Below, piece after piece: positions 1 through 9,699 of a stretch of DNA of 64,000 nucleotides; within the stretch, counting starts at the first letter, position 1; every line of letters begins with the position of its first letter. A program made the position numbers and the translations under genes. The DNA comes from Opitutia bacterium. GTDB taxonomy: Bacteria > Verrucomicrobiota > Verrucomicrobiia > Opitutales > T3Sed10-336. The stretch is from assembly GCA_050506795.1 (NCBI GenBank), contig JBJHCF010000024.1, positions 16,358 through 80,357 of the forward strand. Reading direction: 5' to 3'. The notes below the pieces were generated by a model. The model was given only the letters and a program-made list of their open reading frames with translations. It searched no databases and was not told the DNA's origin.

Positions 1-76
1 GTTTTTCATGCAAGTACTGACGCTATTTCCGGCGGAGGGTTCCGTCAACAGATTGTTAGTCCGCAGCGGCCAACTT

Positions 77-1927
77 TTAATCCATGGCGGCATCGAGAAT
101 CTTGTGAACGCGATCCACGATACGTCGGGGGTCGTCCAGCAAGCCGGCTGAGATCAGGGCGTTATCAAAGATCTGCTCGGCCGCCAGTTTGGCCAGCGGT
201 TCGTTTTTGCCGCGCAGGGCGGCGATTTTGCGGACAAGGTTGTGACGCGGATTGATTTCGAGATTGACCCGCACGGTGTCGTCGAAATCCGGAGTCATGT
301 TTTTCATCATCCGGCGCATGGTCGGGGTCATCATCTTATCCGCGTTGAGTACCAGGGCGGGACTCTTCACCAGACGTTTCCCCGGGGCGACCTCGGCCAC
401 TCGGTCTCCCAGGGTATCGCGCAGCCAGCGACACAGGTCGCGGGTTTCGTCCTCGGTCAGCGCCTCGCCCTGATGCGAACCCAGGTCTTCCAGTTTCAAG
501 TCAGACTGATCGGCGGAGGCGAACCGTTTGCCCTCGAATTCCTGGAGGTTGTTCATGACAAACTCGTCGATCGGCTCGAAGAGGTAGAGCACCTCGAGAT
601 TTCTGGCTCGGAAGGCCTCCAGGTACGGACCGCTCTCGATCGACTCGCGGTTGGGTCCGGAAAGGTAATAGATTTCCTCCTGATTTTCGCGGGCGCGTGA
701 AAGGTAATCGCTCAGGCTGGTCAGGGCTCCTTTTTCGGTCAGGTTCGACTCGAAGCGCAACAGCCTGGTCAATTGCTCGCGGTGCTGGAAATCGGTGGCC
801 GCGCCTTCTTTGATGAAAAAGCCGAATTGACGGAAGAACTCGGTGTAGCCGTCGGGCCGTTTTTCGACCTCCTCCTCCAGGAACTTGAGAAAGCGCCGGG
901 TGAGCAGGCGATTGAGTTTCTGCACCAGCGAACTGTCCTGCATGGTCTCGCGGGAAATGTTCAGGGGCAAGTCCTCGCTATCCACCACCCCTTTGAGGAA
1001 ACGCAGCCAGTCCGGTAGAAGCCCCTTGGGTTGATGGTCGATTAGGATCTTTCGGCAGTGGAGGGCCACCCCGGGATCAATCCGTCCGAACCCAAGGCGT
1101 TCCGGGTTTTCCTTCGGGGTGAAGAGCAGGGCGTTGATGGCAATTGGAGCGTCGGCGTTGAAGTGGAGCCGGTAACGCGGTTCGTCAAAGGCGTTGGCGG
1201 TGAATTTGTAAAATTCGGTGTACTCCTCGTCTTTAATTTCGTTTTTGTTGCGCATCCAGAGCGCCTGGACGGTGTTCACCTTTTCGCCGTTGAGGGTGAT
1301 CGGGAACTGGACGAAACTGGAATAGCGGCGGAGAATCGACTTCACCCGGTCGGCGCCGGCGAACTCCTTGCCCTCGTCACGCAGTTCCACCACGATCTTG
1401 CAGCCCCGGCGCTGCCCTTCGGCCGGCTCGATTTGGTAGCTGCCCGCGCCGTCGCTGGTCCAGCACCAGCCCGACTCATCCTTTTTCCAGGATCGAGTGA
1501 ACACGCGCACTCGCTTGGCCACCATGAATGCGCTGTAAAAGCCGACGCCGAACTGGCCGATGAGATTTTCTCCTTTGCCGCCGCTTTCGCGCAGGGCCTG
1601 GAGGAAAGCTTTGGAGCCGGAGTGTGCGATGGTGCCGAGGTTGGTCACCAGTTCGTCGTGAGTCATGCCCACGCCGAAATCCTGGATCGTGATGGTTTTG
1701 GCGGTGTCGTCGGTGGTGATATTGATTTCCAGCGGCAGCCGGTCGTCGAAGATCTCCTTTTCGGTGAGCTGGATATGACGAAGTTTTTCCAGCGCGTCCG
1801 AGGCGTTCGACACCAATTCACGGACGAAGATTTCGTGGTCCGTGTAGAGCGAGTGAATCACGATATCCAGCAGTTGCTGAACTTCGGCTTGGAACGTGTG
1901 TTTTTCAGGTTGAGTGGATGTGCTCAT
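77..1927 (-). CDS. htpG: Molecular chaperone HtpG (Hsp90)
   Basis: Hsp90 motifs FQAEV, SLY..EIFVRELVSNASDA, IGQFGVGFYS, GVVDSEDLPLNISRE and LEINPRH; 616 aa. Confidence 0.98.
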   Translation of the reverse strand: MSTSTQPEKHTFQAEVQQLLDIVIHSLYTDHEIFVRELVSNASDALEKLRHIQLTEKEIFDDRLPLEINITTDDTAKTITIQDFGVGMTHDELVTNLGTIAHSGSKAFLQALRESGGKGENLIGQFGVGFYSAFMVAKRVRVFTRSWKKDESGWCWTSDGAGSYQIEPAEGQRRGCKIVVELRDEGKEFAGADRVKSILRRYSSFVQFPITLNGEKVNTVQALWMRNKNEIKDEEYTEFYKFTANAFDEPRYRLHFNADAPIAINALLFTPKENPERLGFGRIDPGVALHCRKILIDHQPKGLLPDWLRFLKGVVDSEDLPLNISRETMQDSSLVQKLNRLLTRRFLKFLEEEVEKRPDGYTEFFRQFGFFIKEGAATDFQHREQLTRLLRFESNLTEKGALTSLSDYLSRARENQEEIYYLSGPNRESIESGPYLEAFRARNLEVLYLFEPIDEFVMNNLQEFEGKRFASADQSDLKLEDLGSHQGEALTEDETRDLCRWLRDTLGDRVAEVAPGKRLVKSPALVLNADKMMTPTMRRMMKNMTPDFDDTVRVNLEINPRHNLVRKIAALRGKNEPLAKLAAEQIFDNALISAGLLDDPRRIVDRVHKILDAAMD

Positions 1928-1957
1928 GGAATTGCGGATTTTTTAAATAAATCGAAA

Positions 1958-3439
1958 TTAGCCGGCTTCCGCCCGGACTTCTTCCGCCGCCGGTTCCGCC
2001 GGCTCTTCGTCCTCGCCGCTCCCGAAAACCGCGGCAATTTGGCTGGCCAGAATGACGGCGATGGCAATGGGAGCCACATAACGGATCATGATCTGCCAGA
2101 GTTTTTCCAGCCGAAAATTCGGCGTGCCGGTTTGGATTGCCAGGGAGGCGTTCTTCAGTCCCCAGGCCCAACCGACAAAGAGGGCCAGCCCGAGCGCGCC
2201 CACCGGGAGGAAAAAGCGAAAAGTGATAATGTACAGGAGGTCGAAAAAGGAGACGCCAAAGAACCCTCCGTCGGAGAGCCAGTCAACCGCTCCCTGGCTC
2301 AGGGCGGAGGGAATGGCCAGAAGGAAGATGATACCGCCGAGACCCCAGGCTGCCTTTTTGCGCGGAATTTTCCAGTCGTCGACAAAATGCGCCGTGACCA
2401 CCTCCAGCAGGCTGATGGCTGACGTCAGGGCGGCGATGGCGAGGAGCAGGAAAAAGGCCGAGCCGAAGATCGCCGTGACGGCGGCGCCCCCCGGTAGCTC
2501 CACCAGAATCTGCGGAAAGATGACGAACACCAGGCCGGCGCCCTGGGCCACCAGATCTTCGGCCTCGGCGCCATGAACCGCGACCATGAAGAAGATGACC
2601 GGAAACACGATCAACCCGGCGAAAATGGCAATCAGGCTGTCGGTAGTCACCACGTAGCCGGCGGAGGAGGGGAGGCACTCCTCTTTGCGCAGGTAACTGC
2701 CATAGGTGATCATGACTCCCATCCCAAGACTGAGCGAGAAAAAGGCTTGTCCCATCGCCATAATGATCACGTCACGGTTGATCGCGTTGAAATCCGGCTT
2801 CAGGTAGTGGCGCAACCCCTCGCCGGCGCCCTCCAGGGTGATCGAGCGTCCGATCAGCAGAATAAGCAGCACGAAAAGCAGGGGCATCATGATTTTGACC
2901 GCGCGCTCGATGCCTTTACGGACGCCGGCCGCGACAATGGCGATGGTGGCGATCATGAATATGGCCACGAAGAGGATCTCGTATCCCGGATTCGCGGTCA
3001 TCGTGGTGAACATTTCCCCGAAATAGGTCGCGCTGTCCTGACCCTCGGGAACTTTCAGGGCTCCCCCGGCAGCCTGGATGAAATAGAAAACGGTCCAGCC
3101 GGCGATTACGGAGTAAAAGGAAAGAATAACGAAACCCGTGATCACTCCAAGGACTCCGACCAGGTACCAGGGAGTCCCCGGTTTCAAGTGCTGCAGCGCT
3201 CCCACCGCGTTCTTTTCCCCCGCCCGGCCGATGACCATTTCCGCCAGCATCACCGGGAGACCGACCAGGAGGATGCAGAGGATATAGACGAGGACAAAAC
3301 CGCCGCCCCCGTTCTGGGCGGCGGTGGTGGGGAAGCCCCAGATATTGCCCAATCCGACCGCCGATCCCGCCGCCGCAAGCACGAAGGCGAAACGTGAGCT
3401 CCACAAGCCCCGTCCGTTCTGTGTTCCTGTTTCCTGCAT
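1958..3439 (-). CDS. Sodium-dependent transporter, NSS/SNF family
   Basis: AAGSAVGLGNIWGFP, GQAFFSLSLG and GLVFVIFP motifs; many hydrophobic helices. Confidence 0.95.
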   Translation of the reverse strand: MQETGTQNGRGLWSSRFAFVLAAAGSAVGLGNIWGFPTTAAQNGGGGFVLVYILCILLVGLPVMLAEMVIGRAGEKNAVGALQHLKPGTPWYLVGVLGVITGFVILSFYSVIAGWTVFYFIQAAGGALKVPEGQDSATYFGEMFTTMTANPGYEILFVAIFMIATIAIVAAGVRKGIERAVKIMMPLLFVLLILLIGRSITLEGAGEGLRHYLKPDFNAINRDVIIMAMGQAFFSLSLGMGVMITYGSYLRKEECLPSSAGYVVTTDSLIAIFAGLIVFPVIFFMVAVHGAEAEDLVAQGAGLVFVIFPQILVELPGGAAVTAIFGSAFFLLLAIAALTSAISLLEVVTAHFVDDWKIPRKKAAWGLGGIIFLLAIPSALSQGAVDWLSDGGFFGVSFFDLLYIITFRFFLPVGALGLALFVGWAWGLKNASLAIQTGTPNFRLEKLWQIMIRYVAPIAIAVILASQIAAVFGSGEDEEPAEPAAEEVRAEAG

Positions 3440-3491
3440 AGGTGTGCCTTGGTTTCCTGATCGGACCTTGGAAAACGTTTCTCCGGCAGGT

Positions 3492-5255
3492 TCAGCGGTA
3501 CTCGTGGCCGCTGTCCATGTCGACGATCTTGAAATTTTCCACGTGGAAACTCGCGTCGGGCCGGAAGGCGAGGCTCACTCCGTGCAAGTGCTGCAAGTCT
3601 GCCAGCAGGGCTTCGTCCTCCTGTTGCAGACGTTCCAGAATGCTGGGGTGAACAAGAATTCGCAGCCCTCGGATTGTTCCGCCGTCACCGGTATTCTTGC
3701 CCTCGGAGGCCAGGCGCCGCAGAATGCTGGCCAGCCGCCGCTGGATCTCGACGCTCATGGTGCGTGCCGACTTCACGATGCCGCGTCCGCGACAGTAGGG
3801 ACAATCGGTGTAGAGACCGGACGAGTGGCTTTCCTGCTGACGCTGGCGGGTCATCTGCATGATCCCGAGCTGGGATATGGGCAGGATATGGGTTTTGGCG
3901 CGGTCGCTGGCCATCTCCGAACGCATTCGGCTGTAGAGCTGATTGCGGTCGCGGCGGCTTTTCATATCGATGAAATCGATGATAATCAGGCCCCCGATGT
4001 TCCGCAGGCGCACCTGGCGGGCGATCTCCGCGGCCGCCTCCATGTTGACCTGGAAAATGGTGTTTTTGTCCTCGCCGCTCTTGGCCTTGTGGGCCCCGGT
4101 GTTGACGTCGATGGCGATCAGGGCCTCGGTTTCGTCGATGACGATCTGTCCGCCCGACGGCAGGTTGGTCTGGCGCTGGAACGTCTGTTCGATTTGGCGC
4201 TCGATATTGAAGCGCTCAAAGATGGGAATGGTGTCCGAATACAGGGTGACCTTGGACTTCGAGCGGGAGGAGATTTGCGAAACCAGTTCCTCGATCCGTC
4301 GATGATCTTCCTGGCTGTCCACGATGACGCGATCGATTTCCTCGGTGAGAAAATCGCGCACCGTGCGCTCGATCAGGTCGGGCTCCTGGTACAGGCAGGC
4401 AACCTTGCCGGCCTGTTCCATCTTGGTGTTAATCTCCTCCCACTTCTTGAGCAGGATGTGCAGGTCGCGGACGAAATAACGCAGCTTTTTGCCTTCCCCG
4501 GCGGTGCGCAGAATAACCCCCATGCCTTCAGGGATTGTGAGGGAGCGGATGATCTTCTTGAGACGATTGCGCTCCTTGGGATCCTCTATTTTGCGTGAAA
4601 TGCCGCACTGGTCGCAGTAGGGCATGAGCACCAGAAAGCGCCCGGGCAGGCTGATGTTGGTGGTGGTACGAGGGCCTTTGGTGCCGATCGGCCCCTTGGT
4701 GATCTGGACCACGATTTCCGTCCCCACCGGATAATGGGCGGGGACGTCTTTTATGTTGAGCTGTTTGCTCTTGGCCTTGCCGTCGTCGCGCTTCTTGTTG
4801 ACCCGGACCACCTCGATGGACGAGTCGGCGGCCGCCGGCAGGATGTCCCAGTAGTGAAGAAAAGCGTTCTTGGGCATGCCGATATCGACAAAGGCGGCCT
4901 TTAACCCGTTTTCCAGGTTCTGAATTCGGCCCTTGTAGATGCTGCCGACCAGGCGATCCTCGCCGACCCGTTCGATTTCGAACTTGTCGAGCACGCCGTC
5001 GACCAGCAGGGCGACCCGCTTTTCCAGCGGCTCTGCGTTGATGATCAACTCCCGGAAGCTGCCCTTCTCACGTTTGAAAGTGTCGAGGATTTTGCTAAGC
5101 AGGGGTTTCCTGCGGGCGCGATCTCGAGCTTCCCTCTTCAGTTTATCCCGCGGTATGGCCGGCACGTTTGGCTCGACCGGCGGGGATTGCAGTTCCTGGA
5201 TTTGACGCTCTGAAATGTCATCTCGTTCGTTCTTGTTGGTTGGTGATTGCTTCAT
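3492..5255 (-). CDS. Rne/Rng family ribonuclease (RNase E/G)
   Basis: [17 protein letters not shown]1 domain, [21 protein letters not shown] and CPYC.GRG. The start codon is uncertain (see findings). Confidence 0.95.
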   Translation of the reverse strand: MKQSPTNKNERDDISERQIQELQSPPVEPNVPAIPRDKLKREARDRARRKPLLSKILDTFKREKGSFRELIINAEPLEKRVALLVDGVLDKFEIERVGEDRLVGSIYKGRIQNLENGLKAAFVDIGMPKNAFLHYWDILPAAADSSIEVVRVNKKRDDGKAKSKQLNIKDVPAHYPVGTEIVVQITKGPIGTKGPRTTTNISLPGRFLVLMPYCDQCGISRKIEDPKERNRLKKIIRSLTIPEGMGVILRTAGEGKKLRYFVRDLHILLKKWEEINTKMEQAGKVACLYQEPDLIERTVRDFLTEEIDRVIVDSQEDHRRIEELVSQISSRSKSKVTLYSDTIPIFERFNIERQIEQTFQRQTNLPSGGQIVIDETEALIAIDVNTGAHKAKSGEDKNTIFQVNMEAAAEIARQVRLRNIGGLIIIDFIDMKSRRDRNQLYSRMRSEMASDRAKTHILPISQLGIMQMTRQRQQESHSSGLYTDCPYCRGRGIVKSARTMSVEIQRRLASILRRLASEGKNTGDGGTIRGLRILVHPSILERLQQEDEALLADLQHLHGVSLAFRPDASFHVENFKIVDMDSGHEYR

Positions 5256-5351
5256 TTTTCTGGATGTGTCCCGTTGTTTCCGGGCTCTTCATCTCAGTCG
5301 CCGTTGTTGCGGCGGTTGGCAGCAGCGTCGAGGTGGTATCGCGTTCAGACA

Positions 5352-6581
5352 TCAGTATTCCTTTCTGAAGCGATAGACGCTTTGCACCAGTCCTTGCAGG
5401 ATGCAGCAGCTGATCATGAAAGAGCCTCCATAACTCAAGAAGGGAAGCGGGAGTCCGGTTATGGGCATCAATCCGATCGTCATGCCGATGTTGATAAAAA
5501 CATGAACGGAAAAGATTATCGTGACCCCGAGGGCCAGCATCATGCCGAAACGGTCCCGCGCCAGGCCCGCGATGCGGACCCCGTTTACCAGCAGCAGGCC
5601 ATAAAGGCCCACCACCAGCGCGCTTCCCATAAAACCTTTTTCTTCCGCGAGGACGGAGAAAATAAAATCGTTGTGTGCCACGCCGCGCGGCAGGTAGCCG
5701 AGCTGGGCCTGAGTGCCCTGTTGCCAGCCTTTGCCGAACGCGCCGCCGGATCCCACCGAAATCAGCGACTGGCGCACATTCCAGCCGATGCCCACCGGGT
5801 CGATCCGTTCCGGCGCGACAAACGCAAGGATGCGATTCCTCTGGTAGTCGCGCAGGGGCAGGAGCGAGTGCTCTTCGTATTGGCCGCGGTCGGCGGTGGG
5901 GGAGAGATTGTGCTCCTCTAGGAAGCGTTCGTAGCCTCGAACATCGATGGCTACGATTGCGATAACAAACAGCAGTATGCCGATAACCGTGCCGAAGTAG
6001 ATCTTCGGAAAGTTGGCGACATATAGCAGTGAAAGTACCATCGGTGGAATAACTAAGGCCGATCCTAAGTCGGGTTGCATGAAAATCAACAACATAGGGA
6101 TCGAAATCGCCACCCCGATCTTGATCGCCGCTTGCAACGACTCGCCGAAGGTGACGATTTTGCCGCGGGCCAGTATACTGGCGGTGATCACCAGGCATCC
6201 TAGCTTGGCCGCCTCCGAGGGTTGTACCGAAAAAAAACCGAAATCGAGCCAACGAACCGCTCCGTGACGGGCCTCTCCCGCCAGGGGGGTCCATAGCAGG
6301 AGGAGTATGCCGATGGAAGCGAGGTAGATCCAGTGCGACCCCTGGAGCAGGGTACGGTAGTCCAGCAGGCTCATAAAGAGGTAGACCATCAGCCCGCCGC
6401 CGATCCAGACGATCTGCATGCGGAATTGACTTAAGCCGGTGTACACCTGGGCGCTGTAGATGAAGAAGACCCCGGCCACCATCAGGACCACCATGCAAAT
6501 CGGGTTGATAAGATCGAAGCGCGAGTGGGCAGCCGTCTTGAAAAATCTTGAGTAGTAATGCTTTAAATTCGATATCTGCAA
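5352..6581 (-). CDS. rodA: SEDS family peptidoglycan glycosyltransferase RodA
   Basis: GAVRWL, QPSEAAK, QPDLG, HNDFIFS and PITGLPLPFLSYGGS motifs; lies upstream of rng as in the mre/mrd-rng order. Start placed at TTG 6581 (alternative ATG 6494). Confidence 0.88.
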   Translation of the reverse strand: MQISNLKHYYSRFFKTAAHSRFDLINPICMVVLMVAGVFFIYSAQVYTGLSQFRMQIVWIGGGLMVYLFMSLLDYRTLLQGSHWIYLASIGILLLLWTPLAGEARHGAVRWLDFGFFSVQPSEAAKLGCLVITASILARGKIVTFGESLQAAIKIGVAISIPMLLIFMQPDLGSALVIPPMVLSLLYVANFPKIYFGTVIGILLFVIAIVAIDVRGYERFLEEHNLSPTADRGQYEEHSLLPLRDYQRNRILAFVAPERIDPVGIGWNVRQSLISVGSGGAFGKGWQQGTQAQLGYLPRGVAHNDFIFSVLAEEKGFMGSALVVGLYGLLLVNGVRIAGLARDRFGMMLALGVTIIFSVHVFINIGMTIGLMPITGLPLPFLSYGGSFMISCCILQGLVQSVYRFRKEY

Positions 6582-6723
6582 GGAATGGTTCCCGTCTCCG
6601 GGGTGGCTGTGGTGAGAAATAAATTTGATTTTATGCCCTGAGAAAGGATATTTCCGGAAACAGAGATTGGATCGGGCTGCTCCCCAGTAGAGGGAATGCC
6701 CCGAAAATATCGCTTGACTGCTG

Positions 6724-6837
6724 AAATCGTCTTGGCGCGCTGGCGTGGCCGCCCAAGAGTATTGAACCGGAAGCGAGGATTTTTTCAAGTTGGATTTTAT
6801 CAATTAATGCTTCATCATGGGGGTTTTGAGACGATTT
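6724..6837 (+). ncRNA. Candidate 6S-like or structured RNA upstream of rny
   Basis: Closing stem AAATCGTC(6724-6731)/GACGATTT(6830-6837), internal TTGAACC...TTCAAG, and position directly before rny. Confidence 0.35.
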
Positions 6838-6851
6838 GAGTTAGATCGCAT

Positions 6852-8384
6852 ATGAGCACCGTTTGGCCTTCACTGTTTCTAAGTTTGCTGGCCGCGGTGA
6901 TTTCCGCCTTGTTGGTCTGGTACCTTACGCATCGCTGGAGGGATAATACCCGGCAGCAATGTGAGAAGCTCCTTTTCTATACAAAGAAGGAAGCAGAGAT
7001 CTCCTCCCGCGAGATCCTGAATGAGGCGCAAGCCAAAATCGATCGGAAGTGGGGTGAATTGGAACGATCGCGCGACCGCTTCGAACTGGAGCGGGAACGC
7101 GACCGTGAGCAGATCGAGAGCGGCCGGCGTGGTCTCAGCCGTGATCGCGAGGCTCTCCGGGAAAGGACCCGCAAACTGGACAGCGAGGAGGAGCGGTTGT
7201 ACGAAAAGGAGGCCGAAATCAACAAAACCGTGCAGGTCTACCGGCGTCGCTTGGAGGAGGTGGCGCACCTTTCCGCGGCGGAGGCGGAAAAACTTCTGCG
7301 CGAGGAGGTTGGGATCGATTGCCAGGGTGAACTGCGCAACCTGCGGCGGATGCTCCTGGAAAAATCGGAGAAGGAGGTGAAAACCGAGGCCCGGAGGATG
7401 ATGGTGACCGCCATGCAGCGCCTCGCGACCCAGCCCCAACACGACATCACAGCCACCACGGTGCCGATCCCCGGCGAGGAGATGAAGGGCCGGATCATCG
7501 GCCGGGAGGGACGCAACATCAAATGTTTCGAGGCGGTTACCGGGGTAACCCTGCTGGTCGACGAGTCGCCCGATACGGTTTTGATTTCCTCGTTCGATCC
7601 CATTCGCCGGGAGGTGGCGCGGGTCGGGCTGGAGTACCTGATCGAGGATGGACGGATTCATCCGTCCAGCATCGAGGAGTGCGTTTCCCGCGCTCAATCG
7701 GAGATTTCCACCGACATCGCCCGGTTTGGTGATGATGCGGTTGATGAGCTGCGTCTCGGCGGGGTTCACCCCGAGGTGCGCCTGTTGCTGGGTAAGCTCA
7801 AATATCGCTACGCCTACACCCAGAACGTGCTAGATCATTCCCTGGAGGTGGGGTTTATCTGTTCCATGCTCGCTTCGGAACTGGGCGTCGATTCCATGCT
7901 CGCCAAGCGCGCCGGTCTTTTTCACGACATCGGCAAAGCCATCGCTCACAACCACGAGGGAAGTCACGCCCTGGTGGGCGCTGATTTTCTTCGGCGGTAC
8001 GGCGAGGATCCGGCGGTGGTCAACGCCGTGGCGGCCCATCACGAGGAGGTGCCGGCGGAGAGCATTTATGCCGGACTGGTTATGGTGGCCGACACGATTT
8101 CCGCCGTGCGCCCCGGGGTGCGCAACGAGGGGCAAAGCACCTACATCGACCGGCTCAAGCGGCTGGAGGAAATCGCCGCCGGCATCGAAGGGGTCAACGA
8201 GGTGTACGCTTTGCAGGCCGGGCGCGAGATCCGGGTGATCGTCGATCCCAATGCCATCTCCGACGATCACGCCCGGGACCTATCGCGTGAGATCCGCCGC
8301 AAAATCGAAGAAAACCTGCAGTATCCCAGCACCATCAAAGTGACGGTGATTCGGGAGCAGCGGTTCAGCGACACCGCGAGGTGA
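6852..8384 (+). CDS. rny: Ribonuclease Y
   Basis: N-terminal TM helix, coiled coil, KH motif KGRIIGREGRNI, HD motif HDIGK, C-terminal YALQAGREIRV and YPSTIKVTVIRE. Confidence 0.96.
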   Translation: MSTVWPSLFLSLLAAVISALLVWYLTHRWRDNTRQQCEKLLFYTKKEAEISSREILNEAQAKIDRKWGELERSRDRFELERERDREQIESGRRGLSRDREALRERTRKLDSEEERLYEKEAEINKTVQVYRRRLEEVAHLSAAEAEKLLREEVGIDCQGELRNLRRMLLEKSEKEVKTEARRMMVTAMQRLATQPQHDITATTVPIPGEEMKGRIIGREGRNIKCFEAVTGVTLLVDESPDTVLISSFDPIRREVARVGLEYLIEDGRIHPSSIEECVSRAQSEISTDIARFGDDAVDELRLGGVHPEVRLLLGKLKYRYAYTQNVLDHSLEVGFICSMLASELGVDSMLAKRAGLFHDIGKAIAHNHEGSHALVGADFLRRYGEDPAVVNAVAAHHEEVPAESIYAGLVMVADTISAVRPGVRNEGQSTYIDRLKRLEEIAAGIEGVNEVYALQAGREIRVIVDPNAISDDHARDLSREIRRKIEENLQYPSTIKVTVIREQRFSDTAR

Positions 8385-8507
8385 GCTGGAGGTTGATGGT
8401 CGCCGTCGGCCGTTCCGCCGGATCCCGGACGACCCGATATCGGATTATCTCCGACTTTGGACCTTGAACATTGTTCGGGGATCTTTGTAGTTCCAAGGGC
8501 GACCAGC

Positions 8508-9512
8508 ATGAGTGAGACACCAAAACCATTGATTCTAACCGGAGCCAAACCCTCGGGCGAACTGACCTTGGGCAATTACCTCGGCGCGATTAAGAACTGG
8601 GCCATAATGCTGGAGGAATACGAATGTTTCTTCCCTATCGTCGACCTGCACGCTATCACCGTGCGTTACGTGCCCGCCGAGCTGCGCAAGCACACCTACC
8701 AGTGCCTGGCTCAGTATATCGCCTGCGGTTTGGACCCCAGTAAATCGCATATTTTTCTGCAGTCCCAGGTAATTGGACATACCGAGCTCAGTTGGATCCT
8801 CAGTTGCCTCACTCCGGTCGGCGAGTTGCACCGCATGACCCAGTTCAAGGATAAATCCAGCAAACCGGGAGCCAGTGTGAATGCGGGACTTCTGTTTTAT
8901 CCGGTGCTGATGGCGGCCGATATTCTCCTTTATAATGCCGACCGCGTGCCGGTGGGCGAGGATCAGAAACAACACCTCGAACTGGCCCGCAACATTGCCC
9001 AGCGGTTCAATCACACTTACTCGGAGACGTTCAAGGTCCCCGAACCCTACATTCCCAGTGCCGGCGCCCGCATTATGTCGCTGCAGGATCCCTCCCGGAA
9101 AATGTCCAAATCCGACGAGAATCCCGGCGAGGCCATTCTGCTCCTGGATTCTCCCAAGGCCATCCGCAAGAAAGTCCTCGGAGCGGTGACCGACTCCGGC
9201 ACGGAGGTTAGAATGGCGCCGGAAAAGCCGGGGATAGCCAATCTGCTCAACATTTTCAGTGCCATTACCGGCCGCTCCATCGAGGACCTGGAGCGCGAGT
9301 TTGGAGATTCCGGGTACGGAACCTTCAAAAACGCTCTGGCCGACGCGCTCATCGCCCACCTCGAGCCCTTTCAGGAGCGTTATCGTGAAATAATCGACGA
9401 TAAATCGTTTCTCCACGGGGTACTTAAGGAAGGCTCCGAGGTGGCGCAGGCCCGGGCGTTCAAGACCCTGCGGAAAGTCTACCGCAAAGCCGGGTTTGTG
9501 GAACGCGGGTAA
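8508..9512 (+). CDS. trpS: Tryptophan--tRNA ligase
   Basis: LTLGNYLGA (HIGH-like), RMTQFKDK, YPVLMAADIL, VPVGEDQKQHLE and KMSKS. Confidence 0.97.
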   Translation: MSETPKPLILTGAKPSGELTLGNYLGAIKNWAIMLEEYECFFPIVDLHAITVRYVPAELRKHTYQCLAQYIACGLDPSKSHIFLQSQVIGHTELSWILSCLTPVGELHRMTQFKDKSSKPGASVNAGLLFYPVLMAADILLYNADRVPVGEDQKQHLELARNIAQRFNHTYSETFKVPEPYIPSAGARIMSLQDPSRKMSKSDENPGEAILLLDSPKAIRKKVLGAVTDSGTEVRMAPEKPGIANLLNIFSAITGRSIEDLEREFGDSGYGTFKNALADALIAHLEPFQERYREIIDDKSFLHGVLKEGSEVAQARAFKTLRKVYRKAGFVERG

Positions 9513-9648
9513 CTTTCGGGAGCGGCCAACTGAGAAAGCCGTGCCGGTCCTCGCGATTTATGTGATTGGTTCTTGAAAGCCGGGTGGTTTTCATTTTCAC
9601 TCCGGGGACTGCTGCTTTTCTCGGAATCCCGTTTTGCGATTTAACCGG

Positions 9649-9667
9649 TCTGATCAATGGGATCAGA
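9649..9667. promoter_or_regulatory. Palindromic candidate operator TCTGATC-N5-GATCAGA
   Basis: Perfect 7-bp inverted repeat 32 bp upstream of the first gene of the glycosidase operon. Confidence 0.35.
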
Positions 9668-9699
9668 TCGAATCAGTAACTCGATAACTGGCCAGAGCT

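Noticed and set aside
1058..2422. 454-aa plus-strand ORF opposite htpG
   Set aside because: Antisense shadow of a well-conserved gene; common in GC-rich DNA and has no recognisable motifs.
6582..6803. N-terminal extension of the RodA ORF to 6803
   Set aside because: Runs through the divergent promoter and structured region, and does not resemble SEDS proteins.
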